This document shows, one piece after another, positions 39,244 through 55,482 of a stretch of DNA of 64,000 nucleotides. The translations under genes and the position numbers were made by a program. Every line of letters starts with the position of its first letter. Position 1 is the first letter of the stretch. Source of the DNA: the human T2T-CHM13v2.0 reference genome, Homo sapiens. The notes under the pieces are model-generated. The model searched no databases and was not told where the DNA came from. It worked only from the letters and a program-made list of their open reading frames with translations. Location of the stretch: the NCBI RefSeq assembly GCF_009914755.1, contig NC_060938.1; one strand, written 5' to 3'.

Positions 39244-40619
39244 ATTGTCAGTTTTCTAAATAATATTTACCAAGCCAAAAATGGGAATACTCTTAAACAT
39301 ATTTGAGCCAAGCATTTTTTATTTTTAAATTTGTTCATATTAAATGTTACAAGTTTACAGTTATTACATATGCTTATCAGCATCCATCTATTTTTAATTA
39401 GAGCTTGATAGTATTAATTGAGTAGTTATAATCTTTAATTAATTTCAATATATATTGTCAGTTTTTTTACATCTTTGCTACCTTCATTCTTGAGATATTT
39501 TTTGATTGACAATCAGTAATCACAACACAAATGTCTTTGGAGCCTTTTTAAACATGTGACATCAGGATGGTAACTGAGCTGGATAGGAAAAACTTAGATC
39601 ACAGTCATTTTTCACTAAAAGCATGAAAACAGTGCTTTGTGCTTTGTCTTTGTCATTTATTGTTTAAAAGGTTCTGTCTGTATTTTCTTTTCCTTGAAGT
39701 AACCTTTTTTGAATTTAAACTTTTAAAAAAGTCTTCACTTTTGATTGTGTGTGTGTGTGTATGTGTGTATTCTAATTCTTTTGATCATCTTTTAGCAGTG
39801 AAACTTGTTCAGAATCTATCTGGTCTTTGTAAGACTTGAAACACAGTTAAATGTTATTTTTATTAATTTAACTTGGTATAAAATGTACGTTCTGTGTTTT
39901 CACTTTGCTCATTATATAACAGCTAATTCTTATTATTTTATCTTCACGTATGTTATCCATGTCTACTTTCTCCACTCTATTCTTTTTTGCTATTTTTCTC
40001 CACTTTTCTGTATTCTTGAAGGATTCCCTGAGTTTATCTGTGTATTGTTAGACTGCTATTTACTACCTCAAACTTTAGCTTCTGCCTTGTTGGGTTCATT
40101 ATTCTGTCCCATTATCTAACCATATTTTATTTTATTTTAGTCTATTGTTTAAGAATGGGCAGGCAACATACATAAGGGTTAAGCAGTTTCTGGAGTCATC
40201 TGTACTTACTAGTTGTATCCTAGGGCAACTTACTGAACTTGTTTGTATATCAAGTTCACATTTGTAAAACAGAAGAGCAATTTATTGAAGTATGGTTGGG
40301 GGATAAATGAGTTAACATCTGTAATGTTATTAGAAGAATGCCTGGAATAACATATTGCTATACAAATGTGTATTATTAATAGATACAATGAACCCTTATA
40401 TTTGAATAAGGATATTATATTGTTCACATTTAATATTTCTTATGTGTTCTGAAATACCTACAATTGAAAAAGACTTTCTTAATAGGGCGTTTAAAAATTA
40501 TGCATCTTTATCGTAAGCTGGAGAATGTTTTAATTTTGCCATGTGAGCCAAGAAATTCACCCTGGATAAGGTGAACTCTAACCAATATGAGTTTAGAAGG
40601 CATAAGAAAACCTGCTAAC

Positions 40620-42755
40620 TTTTTTTTTGTTTCCAACTTTTATTTTACGTTCAAGAGGTACATTTGTAGGTTTGTTACATGAGTAAATTGTGTCACAGGG
40701 GCTTGGAGTACAGATTATTTCATCACCTAGGTAATAAGCATAGTACCTGACAGGTAGTTTCTTTTATCCTTACCATCCTCCCAGCCTCCACTCTCAAGTA
40801 GGCTCCAATCTCTATGCTCTTCTTTGTGTCCGAGTGTACTCAAAGTTTAGCCCTACTATTTATAAGTGAGAACATGCAGTATTTGGTTTTCTGTTCTTGC
40901 ATTGATGATGGCCTCTATCTCCATCCACGTTGCTGCAAAGGACACACTTTTACTCTTTTTATGGCTGTGTAGTATTCCATGGTGTATATGTACTCCATTT
41001 TTAAAATCTAGTCCACCATTGATAGGTATTTAGGTTGGTTCCATGTCTTTGCTATTGAGAATGGTGCTGCGACGAACATATGCATGCAAGTTGCTTTATA
41101 GTAGAATGATTTATATTTCTTTGGGTATATACCCAATAATGGGATATCTGCATCAATTGGTAATTCTGTTTAAAAGTCTTTGAGATATCTCTGAACTGCT
41201 TTCCACAGTGGTTGAAATAATTTATATTCCCACCAAGAGTGTATAAGTGTTACCTTTTCTCTGCAAACTTGCTGGCATCTTTATTCTTTGACTTTTTAAT
41301 TATAGCCATTCTGACTGGTGGGAGACGGTATCTCATGGTTTTGATTCAGATTTCTGTAATGATTAATGATATTGTGCATTTTTTCATATGCTTGTTGGCT
41401 GCATATATGTCTTCTTTTGAAAAGTGTCTATTCATGTCCTTTGCCCATTTTTAATGAAGTTGTTTGGGTTTTGCCTGTTAATTTAAGTTCCTTATAGATT
41501 TTGAATATTAGACTGTTGTCTGGTGCATAGTTTGCAAATATTTACCTCCCATTCCATAGATTGTCTATTCTGTCAATAGTTTCCTTTGCTGTGCCGAAGC
41601 TCTTTAGTTTAATTAGGTCCCATTTGTCAATTTTTGTTTGTGTTACAATTGCTTTTTGAGTCTTCATCATGCAATCTTTATCAGGACCTATATCCAGAAA
41701 GGGATTTCTTAGGTTTTCTTTCAGAGTTTTTATAACTTTAAGTCTTATAATTAAGTCTTTAATCTACCTTGAGTTGATTTTTGCATGTGGTAAAATGAAG
41801 GGGTCCAGCTTCAATCTTCTGCATGACTAGCCAGTTACCCTAGCACCATATATTGAATAGGGAATCCTTTCCCCATCTCTTGTTTTTGTCAACCTTGTTG
41901 AACATCAGATGGTTGTAGGTGTGCAGTTTTATTTCTGGTCCATCTAGCCTATTCCCTTGGTCTGTGTGTCTGTTTTTGTACCAGTATCATGCTGGGTTTT
42001 TTGGGGTTTTTTTGTTTTGTTTTTTTTTTTACTGTGGCCTTGTAGTTTGAAGTTGGGTGGCGTAATACCTCAGGTTTTGTTGTTTTTGCTTAGGATTGTT
42101 TTAGTTATTTGGGTTTTTTTTTTTTTTTGGTTGCATATGAATTGCAGACTAGTTTTCTCTAATTCTGTGAAAAATGTCATTGGTAGTTTGATAGGAGTAG
42201 CATTGAATATTTAAATTGCTTTGGGCAGTATGGTCATTTTTACAATACTCATTCTTCCTATCCATGAATGAATGGAATGGTTTTTCTTTGTTTCACATCT
42301 GATTTATTTAGCAGTGTTTTTTAATTCTTGTTGTAGAGATGTAGAGATCTTTCACCTCTCTGGTTAGCTGTATTCCTAGGTATTTTGTGTGTGTGGCTAC
42401 TGTGAACTGGAGTGTATTCCTGAATTGGCTTTCAATGTGGATCTTATAGGTGTGTAGAAATGCTACTGATTTTTGTACACTGACTTCATATCGTAAAACC
42501 TTGCTGAAGTTGTCTGTCACATCTAAGAGGTTTTGAGCAGAGACTGTAGGATTTTTGAAGTATGAAATAATATTGTCTATAAAGAGAGATAAGTTGACTT
42601 CCTCTCTTCCTATTTGGGTGCCTTTTCTTTCCTTCTCTTGCCTGATTACTCTGGCTAGGACTTCCAGTACTATTTTGAATAAGAGTGGTGAGAGCGGACA
42701 TCCTTGTCTTATTCCCTCCCTCAAGGGGAATGCTGGCAGCTTTTGCCTTTTCCCA
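40620..42755 (-). mobile_element. 5'-truncated L1PA (about PA15), 2.1 kb
   Basis: T-tail at 40620, then gtacagattattttcatcacctaggtaataagcatagtacc. ORF 42308-42724 is RT ([21 protein letters not shown]...LSLFIDNII). Confidence 0.92.
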
Positions 42756-43011
42756 AGATTAAGAAACCCAGAGACACTTCCACAGAAGAAAGAAATCTCA
42801 GAGTTTTAACTCAGGCCTCACAATATTCATTCTTCTTTTGAAATATTCTTGATGAACTCTGCCTTCATATGCCTACTACATGTCAAATGTTGTTCTAACC
42901 ACTGATGTCCCTCTTTCTTGAAGCCTAAACATTTAAGTTTGGAGATACAGATAATGACAATAACAATAGCACAGTTTCATCAATGATAAGTGCTTCAAAT
43001 ATATAACACCA

Positions 43012-43140
43012 AGCCAAACATGAGGCTGTGCATCTGTGGTCCCACCTTCTTGGGAGGCCGAGACAGGAAGATCATGTGAGCTCAAGCATTCAAGGCCAGC
43101 CTGGGCAACATAGGGAGTCCCCATCTCAAAAAACAAACAA
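43012..43140 (+). mobile_element. FLAM / Alu monomer
   Basis: tgggaggccgagacaggaagatc...ccagcctgggcaacatag...ccatctcaaaaaac, single arm only. Confidence 0.8.
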
Positions 43141-43142
43141 CT

Positions 43143-43270
43143 GATATCTACATATATATTTGTATCTATCGATATATATATCTAGATATATCTGTGTGTG
43201 TGTGTGTGTGTGTGCGTATATATATATATATTTATGTCGATATCTATAGGTATTGCTAGATATAGATATA
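43143..43270. repeat. (TA)n/(TG)n low-complexity tract
   Basis: Read directly. Confidence 0.9.
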
Positions 43271-43659
43271 ACCAGAGAATTACTCTGGGGGAGGGGATGA
43301 GTACTTTAGAAAAGAAGATGAAATAAAATGTTTTGAAGAATCATCAGTTGAGCTGAGACCTAAATAACAAGAAATAGTAAAATCATGGAACCATCTTAAG
43401 GCCTTTCATTGTCTGACATCAGAATAAGTCTGTTGGGCTCAAAAAAGCAAGAGAAGCCTGTAGGGATATAGATATAATCAAGGGAGAGAGGCTTGGGATG
43501 AGGTCAAAGAAGATGTTGGAAGGAAGCAATCATGTAGCAATGTGTAAAGACAAAAAATATATATTTTATTTAAAAGCTTATGGGAAGTTTGAAGCAGGAG
43601 TATGATATGATATAGTCATTATTTTTATTGTTTAGAAATTTGATTATAGGGAGAAGCAT

Positions 43660-44497
<838 letters not shown>

Positions 44498-45214
44498 TGC
44501 AGAAGCATGGAAAGCCATTAAGAAGAATATTGCAGGCGTTGAAATGAGAGAGTATGGTAATGTCGATTAGTGATGACTGTAAAAATGTTGAACTGTGAGG
44601 AAGAAGCAAGCCTATAGGAACTCAAACAGACTACAACGGGAAGTGAGAGAAAGACAGGAGGCCCGGGTGACTTACATATAAACACACATAATGCACACAC
44701 ACAAATATGTACATGTGTATGCATGTACGTATAAATGTATCCATGTGTACATACATATTTCTTATTATTAGATATTCAAGCTCCTTTATAAAAAATTGTG
44801 ATCAAGCTTTATATTCAACAGTACAATCAGCTTTTATTTTTCTGCTTTTCCAATTGTTTGAAGAACTTCCTAAATAAGAATTAAAATTGTAATAGAAGCT
44901 TTGAAGGTTATATTGTGAATGCATTTTTAGGACATTAAAATATTCTAAAATATAATCGTTTCCATGTAACCTATCATTTTAGCATTTGAAAGTAGTCTAA
45001 TTTATTCAATTCCTTTCTAAACACATAAATTGTTGCCAGTTTTTGCTGTTTCAAGCAATAATGCAAAACATTCTTGTACTTAATTTGCGAATATCTCTGA
45101 TTAAATCATTGAAGAAAGGTGTGGATTCTTCAATGTATTAAGACTTTTAATACATTCTGACAAATTGTTTTCCAAATAGGTTTTGTCAATTAACTCTTGT
45201 ACTGAGAATATTTA

Positions 45215-45664
45215 TATATTTATTTACTTACTTTATGTTCTGGGATACAAGTGCAGAAGGTGCAGGTTTGTTACATAGGCATACATGTGACATGGTGGTT
45301 TGCTGCACCCGTCAACTCGTCATCTAGGTTTTAAGCCCCACATGCAATAGGTGTTTGTCCTAATGTTATCCCTCCCCTTGATCCCCACCCACCCCACCCA
45401 CTGACAGGCCCCAGTATGTGGTGTTCCCCTCCCTGTGTCCACGTGTTCTCATTGTTCAACTCCCACTTATAAGTGAGAACATGTGGTGTTTGGTTTTCTG
45501 TTCTTGTGTTAGTTTGCTGAGGATGATGGCTTCCAGTTTCATCCATGTTCCTGCAAAGAACATGAACTCATTCTTTTTTATGGCTGCATAGTATTCCATG
45601 GTGTATATGTGCCACATTTTCTTTATCCAGTCTATCACTGATGGGCATTTGGGTTGGTTCCAAG
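45215..45664 (-). mobile_element. L1PA8-type 3' fragment
   Basis: tctaggttttaagccccacatgcaatagg and ORF 45456-45638 (ORF2 C-terminus). TSD tgtactgagaatattta / tgcactaagaatattta. Confidence 0.92.
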
Positions 45665-45989
45665 TGCACTAAGAATATTTAAAGTGACATATTCCTTGAA
45701 CATTTGACAAACTCAGAAATATCATTTTCTAATCTTTTCCAATGTAACTGATGAAAATTGCGTATCACTTTACAATTTTAATATAGTTAATCAATAGTCA
45801 TGTTGAGTGTTTTTATTTCTTTAATGACTATTTTTATTTTTTGTTTATGAACTTTGTATTTTGTTACTCAGATGCTCTAACATATTTTACCCTGGGTCAT
45901 ATATGTTTCAGGCATTTCCTCAGTTGGTATGTCTTGTAATATGAAAATATTTTCACATATAAAAATTGTCTATTTCATACTATCATGAA

Positions 45990-46930
45990 TGGGGACTAAC
46001 TTTACCACATATTAAAACATTACAAAGTCTCTATAACTAAAATGACATGGTACAAACTCATGAAAATACAGATAAGTAGAAGAGAATGTAAGGCCAGAGA
46101 TAGATACAAGAACATACAAAACTTTAGTACATTAAATGTGGCATGTTAAATTATTGTTATAAAGGTGACATTTTAGGAAAGTATTCTAAGACAATAAATT
46201 AAAAGATAAAAATAAATAAAATATTAAAACTATTTTAAAAAAATAAAATTAGATCCTTGCTTTACATCAACATGTAAATCAGAATTCTAAATGTAAAGAA
46301 AAAAATTATACCATATAACTAGAAGAAAACAACATAGGCACATTCCTCTTTAACCTGGACACTAGACATGGAGAATATCTTTCTATTTGCAATTAAAATT
46401 CCAGATACAAAAAAATGACAAATTTATTTAAACATTTTTAAAATTTGTAAAGCAAGAAAAAAACACAGACAAAGCCAAAACGACTAAAAAAAAGAGGAGA
46501 GATGATATATATAACAAATAAAGCTTGGCTATTCCTAATATATGAAAATCTCTTAAAAATTGAGGGAACTATCTAAAAGAAAAATAGAATGGTCAAATGA
46601 CATGAACAGACAATTCACAAAACATATATAAAAATGACACTTCAATCCATGAAATTATGCTCAATTTTAATCATAATAAAAGAAATGCAAACAAAAATTA
46701 CATTGTTGCTAATTTTCACCTATTGGGTTAGAAAAAATTAAGTATAACAACACAAAATATTGGTGAGGCTTTGGGGAAATGGATACCTTCATATATTGTG
46801 ATGAAAATGCAAACCAATGCAACACTTATGGAGGAAGTTTTGATAATATCTAATCAAACTATGAATATATTAATCTTTGAAACAGCAATTCCACTTCTAA
46901 AAATTTACACTGAAGGGAAACACCACCAAT
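45990..46930 (+). mobile_element. Old L1ME-type ORF2 C-terminal fragment
   Basis: A-rich sense L1 motifs acatgaacagacaattcacaa, agaaatgcaaacaaaa and ttggtgaggctttggggaaa. Confidence 0.7.
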
Positions 46931-46935
46931 GAAAT

Positions 46936-47068
46936 TAAAGTGTATATGTACTTTGCTGAGAGGAGCTCTCTGAACCTTTTCTGATTCCAAGTGCTGCCCG
47001 ATTTATGAATTTTTCTTTGCTCAAATGAACTCTTAAATTTATTTTGTATAAAGTTTTTTTTCTAACAT
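46936..47068 (+). mobile_element. MER57-like LTR 3' fragment
   Basis: ggagctctctgaacc...gctgcccgattt...ctttgctcaaatgaactc...ttctaaca. Confidence 0.65.
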
Positions 47069-47964
47069 AGGCAAGCCAAAACAGGTGTCAGCTGAGAGGC
47101 AGAAGATCATGAGTCTTGATTTAAAGTACTGAATTTGAAATAATAGTTAAGCAAGTAGAAACACCTAGTTATCCTCAGGGATGTGATATCATCTCTCAGA
47201 AAGGAAGAAAATTGTAGATGCAGATTGGAGAGTATCTGCACAGAGGTAGTGACTGAAGCTGTGGAAATAAATAAGATCCCTAAGAGGAGAAAAGAGAAAT
47301 GATCAGAGAAAAAAGACAGCATTTAAAAAAATACTCTGCCTCTTTCAGTTCTATCATGTTGTGTGTGTTCATACATATCTAAGAGCAAATAAGGGAGTAA
47401 ACCTGGCAGAAGTTAGCCATTTAAAAATTCATGTTTCTAGCTTCTGCTTATGTCATAGCTACCACCGGAATGATGTTCTTCATAGTAAGGACAAGACAAG
47501 GTATGCTAATGGATTTTTCTTAGTAATTTCAATATGAGTAAGTTATGTTTCAGAATCTTTTTTATTCAAGATATTTCTATTTCGCACACCTTCTTTAAAG
47601 TCCATTTCTCTATGATAGAACCTGTAAAGTGGGAACTATATTGGTGTACACAATTTCATAGTTACCCATTTTTACTCATCTCAAAATTAAAGAGAGTTTT
47701 TTTTGTCTGTTACTTTTTTTTGTCTATTCAAGTGAATTAAAATAAGAACTCATTATTGGAATAAATTTCATAACTTTTTCTTAGCTTAACTTCTTCAATT
47801 GCTTAGAAAAATTGTTAACAATCCCTTCTCAGGTTTATGACTTTAAGTAATACTTGTGTCTTGATTTCTCAAGAATGATAGTGTTGGAAGGAATCAATAC
47901 AGATAATCTGGTCTATAGCCTGTCTTCTAAAGTGAAATCTCTCAGACAGTAAGCATTTATTGTG

Positions 47965-48130
47965 TGGATTTCAAATTTGAAAGTACCTCAGATCCATTTG
48001 AGAGCCCCTAAAAATAGAGATTCTGGCCCCTTTCTCCTTAACCCTGAGTCAGAATCCTGGATTAAGGCAGTAATCTGCATTTATCACAACCACCCCAGTT
48101 GATGCTAATGCATATGGTGAACCACAATCT
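47965..48130. mobile_element. MER5-type hAT-Charlie fragment
   Basis: gagattctggcccc...gagtcagaatc...aatctgcattt...gatgctaatgca. Confidence 0.6.
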
Positions 48131-49204
48131 ATTAAACTCATTCATTGAGTCTTCAGGTTGCCTAGCAAGGTGTTCAATGATGTAATTAAAAACCTAAAGA
48201 GATGATTTTGTTTAGTCAAGAATTCTGAAAAGATATTCTGCTTAATTTGGACAGAACAGACTTAGGTCAGATTAAAGTACAATGTTGAGTACTTTTTATA
48301 CACTGACAAAGTAGAGGCTATCATCCTGATATGCATTTTGTTCAAGATAGATTCTAAGTTACCTTCACCTTCGTAGAACTCCTCAGTCTAATTTTTTCAT
48401 ATAACTCATTTCTCAACTATTTAATACATTTCTTAAGTTTTTTACTTTCACCATCATATATATATGTGTGTTTGTATGTGTATAGTATTGAGAGTAACAG
48501 TAACAGATTATGATCAATATTCATAAGCTTATCATGTATTACCAAAGATTTAGGCTTTGTTAACATTTTAAGTCTTCTCTAGTTTCAAAATATTCAATAA
48601 TTAAAGTAAGTAGGTTGGAAAAAAAGAGATTATCAGTCTTCTAGAAGATTTTTCCTTAAGGCTTTTGAAAATTCTTTTTAGAAATCTATCCTTTCAAAAT
48701 CATATCTCTTACAATGAAAACCAAACTGAAATAGTCTCTGGCAGCTCTCTGAAGTTGAAAGCAACTACGTGAGGAGAAGTGTGATTTAGGAGAGTCAGAG
48801 AAAGTTGTATTTGACATAACCTAGATTCATTAAGAGATGCTCGGAGTGGGTAAAGAAAATTGCCATTTGAAATTTGAAAACAAAAATACATTGACTTAAA
48901 GCTAAGTTATTGAAAAATCTCATTCACAAATTTCACTCCAAATTGAAGCATGCCAGCAGATTTCTAGTAGACGTGAATCATACATTGTAACAATAGACAG
49001 TTGTGCTTGACTTTTTTCAGAGCAATATGCATTCTGAAAAACCCAATACAATTGGAGGTGCACATAATGCTGTTAAGAACAATTCACTTGAGCCTAAGCT
49101 CAATTTAGAGATTTTGAATATTTACACAGAAATCTCATCCTAGAGTCCCTTCTTACTTTGCTTCCAGAAGCTTCTGTGGATGTTTATAAGAACAGTATAC
49201 TTCT

Positions 49205-49510
<306 letters not shown>

Positions 49511-51860
49511 TCAGTATACTTCCGAGAAATGCCTAGATTACATGCACAAGGGATGATGAAATCAAATCACCTGTCTATGACATCTTATTTTTAATTTATT
49601 ATCCAGTGTTGTCATGGAAATGTATAGCCAAGTGAAACAGGGAAATTAACTACAGAAATTTTCCAGGTATTATTTCTTTGGATTCTTAGAGCATTCCACT
49701 TATCTGATAAACATCTTTTTCATAAGAATACAGGGAAAACCTGACCTTTACCAATGAAACCTAATTAGAATTTGTATTTCAAGATGTAATTGAAGGATAT
49801 CCAACAGGATCCGTGATGATAAACCTTAAATGTATATTCTGTAGGGATAGCATATTATTTTGGAACTTTACATTTCATGCAGCTAGAAAATGTTGGGGTA
49901 AATAAAAATGAAGAATGTATGTTAATCTTTAAGTATAATATATAATTTTCATTTTAAGATTGCTTTAAAAGTATTTGCCTGATTTTTATAGTAAAATGCA
50001 AGTTTATATATAATCCAAGATCTGGTTAAAACTCTGCAAAATGCATTTTAGATATAAAATCATTGAACTAATTATATGGCATAAGGTTAATAATTCTCAC
50101 AACGGAAAATACAATTTTTCTCCTGACGATGTACTCTGTTTCCTTGATAGAAGTCTTAGTGTTGTGTTCAGGTCTCTCCTATTCTCTGTCATAAACCTAC
50201 ATAAAAATCTGGACCAACAAACTGGCTCTTGTTCATATGGTCCTGCCTTGCAGCTATGCACTCTAATTAGCCAAGGTCATTTAAATACATTTTGCATGAA
50301 GCATCTAAAGCTCAATGTGCCATTTTGTGTATTTATCAAATTACTAATCAATATGCTACACCACAGTTACCACCAGCCTCTCAGATACCAGAGAATGCCA
50401 CATGAATTAAAATTGTCCAAGCTGTCATCTGCATAAACAAAATTCGTGTATGCCATTATTTCTTACAGTACAGAGCAATGGAATGTTTTCTAAATAAAAA
50501 GAATCACCATCCGTGTATTACTTAAGCCTAAAATGCTTTATTTTAAACTTTAACAAACCTCGTATTCAACTGGCTTCGATTTCACTTTCTTTCTCCAACA
50601 TATTACCTCCACTCCGTTGGTAAAGTAATTTATTCCATCCTCTGTGGAGAGCCAGGATCTTATTTGCCAGCATATTTATCTTTCCTGCCACTGCACTGTC
50701 ATTCATCTGCAATCTCCACAGAGGAGCAGACCTGTGCTGAATTGCAATTAGGATTGATTCAACTAAATCCAGGCCACAGGACTGATGCTGACAGGGTGAC
50801 CTCAAGAGAATTTAAGATGCTGGGTTAGAAAACACACACAGACGCACACACAGAGAAAAGGGAGTGTGTAAGTCCGCAATTCATTAAGTTATTCACATAC
50901 TTATTATGATTTGGACCAGAATATACATTTTTTCCATTTTTTTTGTACTACAGTAAAAAAATAAATGTTTTGTGAGCAAATTTGAAAATGTTTAAAAAAA
51001 TTCCATGCAAATCTCTATGTTGAGGTTTAAACAGTTTGTAAAGACAGAAACATGATTTCCCCTGAGGTTGTCTGTCTTAAGCTTCCTCTTTCCTCTGTGT
51101 AGAAAGGAAGTTGAATCCAAAGCAATCCAGATAAAGTTGCTGTGCTCTCACATCTTTGTTGCGACAGATCTTCAGCAGTTCCATCATAATCACCAAAAGA
51201 GTATCACCTGTGTGTCAGTTAAATGGTCTAATAGAATTTCCTAAATAATTCTTGGTTCAGTGGGACAGTTTTGTGATTTCAAAAGACAGTAGCCACAAGC
51301 CCAAGCAATAACCTAAGAGTTTTTCTGACCTATTGTATATAACATGTCATATCAATCCTGAATTTCTGCACTTCACATTAGGCTTCATCTATTATAAATG
51401 GCCTGTCCTCATCCTTGTTACATAGTAGAAGAGAGGAAAGTTTGCCATTGGGGAATGAGTCAAACTTACTCTGTAAAGTAAAAAGGAAATTGGAAATGGG
51501 TAATAACAGCAGCTGAGTAATCTTCTCTAAGTAGATTTTCTTTACGTTTTTCTCTCGGGAGACAGAATTTTGCTCTCCCAAAGGGGTAATGTTGGATGGG
51601 TAAGAACAATTTGATTTAATCTAGTAAGGGAAATGAGAACATCACAGAAAGCAAAATTCAATAAAGGAAAATCAAACTGAGCAAAGGAGAGGATTACGTA
51701 TTTTGGTGAATAGAATAGGGGATGAGGTGTCAAAACTCCCTCATTCTTTTTCCTGCTTAACCAAGTCACTTCATGCAAAAAGAGCAACAAAAAAAGAAAG
51801 CTCTCCTCCTCCCCCACAACATAGTGACAGTCTGTCAAAAAGTGTCACAATGGGCATTAA

Positions 51861-52190
<330 letters not shown>

Positions 52191-52588
52191 TAAGTTTTAT
52201 TTTTAAATGTGCACTGCCATTAATTTTATGAAGAAAAGAATAATGAGTTCTATTCTTCCCACATGAAGACCACATTTTTCCCTGTAGCTGAAATAATCTG
52301 TACTAAGCAATATACCCCATCTTTCCATCCTGGGTTAAGAAAACCACTGAGATGGCAGCTGACATTTTGCACAGAATTTTCAGAATTGTTTATAAGAATT
52401 CAAAGAGAAGTTTTCATCCAATTGCTCTGAAACTCTTTCAGTGTGGGTTTACTGATACCTTAGTTTTCATACTTTTAGTAAAAGGCAGACTCTACAACAA
52501 ATGTCTCTCATATCTGCAACAGTATTATACATACAAACACTCGTTGGAGAATAATGAATTAGATTGCTTTTTATATAAATTGAAAAGT

Positions 52589-52931
<343 letters not shown>

Positions 52932-54102
52932 TCAACCAGAAAAATTGCCTAGTAAATACGCAAAAAAAAATTTCATATAACTGCTTCCTTGATAGCTAAA
53001 GTAGCAAGAAGAGAAGGAAAATATGAAGTATTGAAAAGTGTTGTAAGAATTCATAAAAGCAGTTGAAGAGGTATTATGACCCTACTTACAAAAGGTAATT
53101 ATTTCCTGTTTATGTTTATAACTATTAAACTGCTTTTATAAAGTATTGAGACGCTCCACTGGAAATGAAATTACAGAGCAGTTATGACTCAGGAAGTTAA
53201 AATGATTAGCAAGGAACAAAGAAAAAAAAATACTCCATGTAATATTTATGGCAGTGGGGGTACTACACAAAATGTGATTCTCAGCTTTGCACCATACAAG
53301 CTAAGTTTTATAACTATGAGATGATTTAGGATCTAAGTAAGTGAGTCACACTAACCAAACTGCCAAAACATTGATTTACTCTCCTAAACACTAATTTTTA
53401 AAGTAGAGAATATATACATAGTTAACAAAATGCATCAATTTGTTTTTTGTAACACTATCATCTCAAAACTAAGATACTTGCAAAACTTGAACTTAGAATG
53501 ATAAAGCAGTTTGTGTGCATGAGAAAAGAACAAAGGTAGTCTGACAGTTTTGCCTGCTGTTCAATCTCATCTATGGCAAAGCCTGAAGAATTTTTAATGG
53601 TAGTGTTGATCAGATATAGAAGCTAAATAAATCTGAAAAGTACTTACTATCTATCTCCAATATTTCTTATTATTTTAAAAATCTATCATTAGAACACTTC
53701 CATCTACTGGACATGTTTTCATTATAGATTTTTTTTTATTAATTACACTCCAATAATTACTTTTCTTTTTATAGGCATTTTTAAAGTTCCTTATGAGATT
53801 AAATAAGGGACTCTGATCTAATCCAATCACAATTGTTAATTACTTTATGGTCTTTTTATGCTTCACAAGTTTTTCATAGATGGTTAATCTTATCCACTTT
53901 ATGTTAAGTGTTTTTATTTTTAACTTCTGATATACCTTTTTAATTGTGAGGTGTTCACCCTGTTAAACCTACAGACCCCTAGCACTGACTGACAGAAAAT
54001 ACTATGTGTATGAATAGAAAACTCCACTTAAAAATTCTTATGCATCAATGATTTTTAAATAGCATTTATTATTTTATTATTGACTATAAAAGGGACTCAT
54101 GA

Positions 54103-54540
54103 TGTATAAGTTGAGACATTTTTAACTGCGGATTACAGAAAATCCAACATAAATTGGCTTATTTAATAAGGCCAATTCTATATAACAAAAAACCCAGAAC
54201 AATACCATGCCAGAGCTGGTTTATTCTCTGACTCAGTGACATCATAATGAACCTATATGTTTACAATCTTTTAATTAAACCAACCTCAACACGTAATTCT
54301 GTGTCATGATGGTAAGATGGTTATAGCCAGTCTTGGAACTGTATGTAATATATCAATACCCCACCATGAAAAAGGTCTATTCCTTTTTGTTTGTTATTTT
54401 ATAATAGCAAGAATATTGTTCCAAGAGGCCTCCCTGACATATTTCTCTCATATCTCATTGACTATTACTGTATATCATGCCCATATCTAAATCCAGCACT
54501 AGAAAGGAAAATGAACTTTTAGTAATTATTTTAGACAGAC
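54103..54540 (-). mobile_element. Old MLT1 (K/L-like) LTR
   Basis: acagaaaatccaacataaattggctta...tcatatctcattgact...tcatgcccatatctaaa. Confidence 0.55.
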
Positions 54541-54984
54541 TAATAATTTCCGAAATTTACCATGCATCAGTCAAAATTGTTAAAACACAGATCACAATTC
54601 CCAGAAAAAAAGCATTACATTCAATAGGTCTTTCATGTGGTGAGATAATTCACATTTTCATAAGTCTACAGGTGATACTAATATTGTTGCTCATAGAAAA
54701 ACATTTGAGAACCACTGGTTTAGTGTATATACTGATTAGTCCTCTTATACAACCAGGGAATATATTTTACATCAGAAGAATCAAATTCAGGGACCATTAT
54801 GATGACATATACACAAAAGTTAAGTTATATTAAGAAACTTAAAAACAAATTTGACCCAAGATTCACACATGTAGAAATATTTTTGTTATGAGAGATTACA
54901 GCAATTGATTGAATGTAGATTAAGAAAAAAACGTTGTATTTTGAGCTTGTGCTCAATCTCAAGCTGGGCCCTTTTGACACCTAG

Positions 54985-55062
54985 GAAATGTTTTATATAT
55001 ATATATATATATAATATATATATATAATATATAGTGTATATATATTATAAATATAGATATAT
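54985..55062. repeat. (TA)n-rich tract
   Basis: Read directly. Confidence 0.9.
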
Positions 55063-55314
55063 AATCTAAATCATTTTAAAGCTTCGAGTATTTTTTCTAG
55101 TTTACCAAAAGAGAAGAATCTATTGAAGACCAATAATTTGTCAGGGAGAAATAATCTTAGTGGACCATGGATAGGATTTGCAATGTAAATGAGATAAAGG
55201 TATAGGGAAAAAATTGAATTGAGTTTTCCCTGAACTCTACAAAATAGATACAGATACCCAGGTAGCCCCTAAACCCCCGGACTTGGATTGGCAGAGCTTG
55301 GAATAGAACCAGCG

Positions 55315-55482
55315 TACAATGCTTCTCAAACTTGAGTGTGCTTGTGCAGCAATGGCGGATGTTGCTACAATTCAGGTTACAATTTAGGATCTCTGAAGCA
55401 AGATGGGGGATTCTGTGTTTCTAACAAGTTCCCAGATGTTGTCAATGTTGCTAGAACCAGAGCTCATTTGGAGCAGCAAGGT
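55315..55482. mobile_element. MER5-type fragment
   Basis: caatgcttctcaaacttgagtgtgc...ttctaacaagttcccagatg...tttggagcagcaagg. Confidence 0.7.

Noticed and set aside
44760-46930. Opposed L1ME pieces as a twin-priming inversion
   Set aside because: The two pieces appear to cover overlapping parts of L1 and share no TSD, so separate insertions are more likely.
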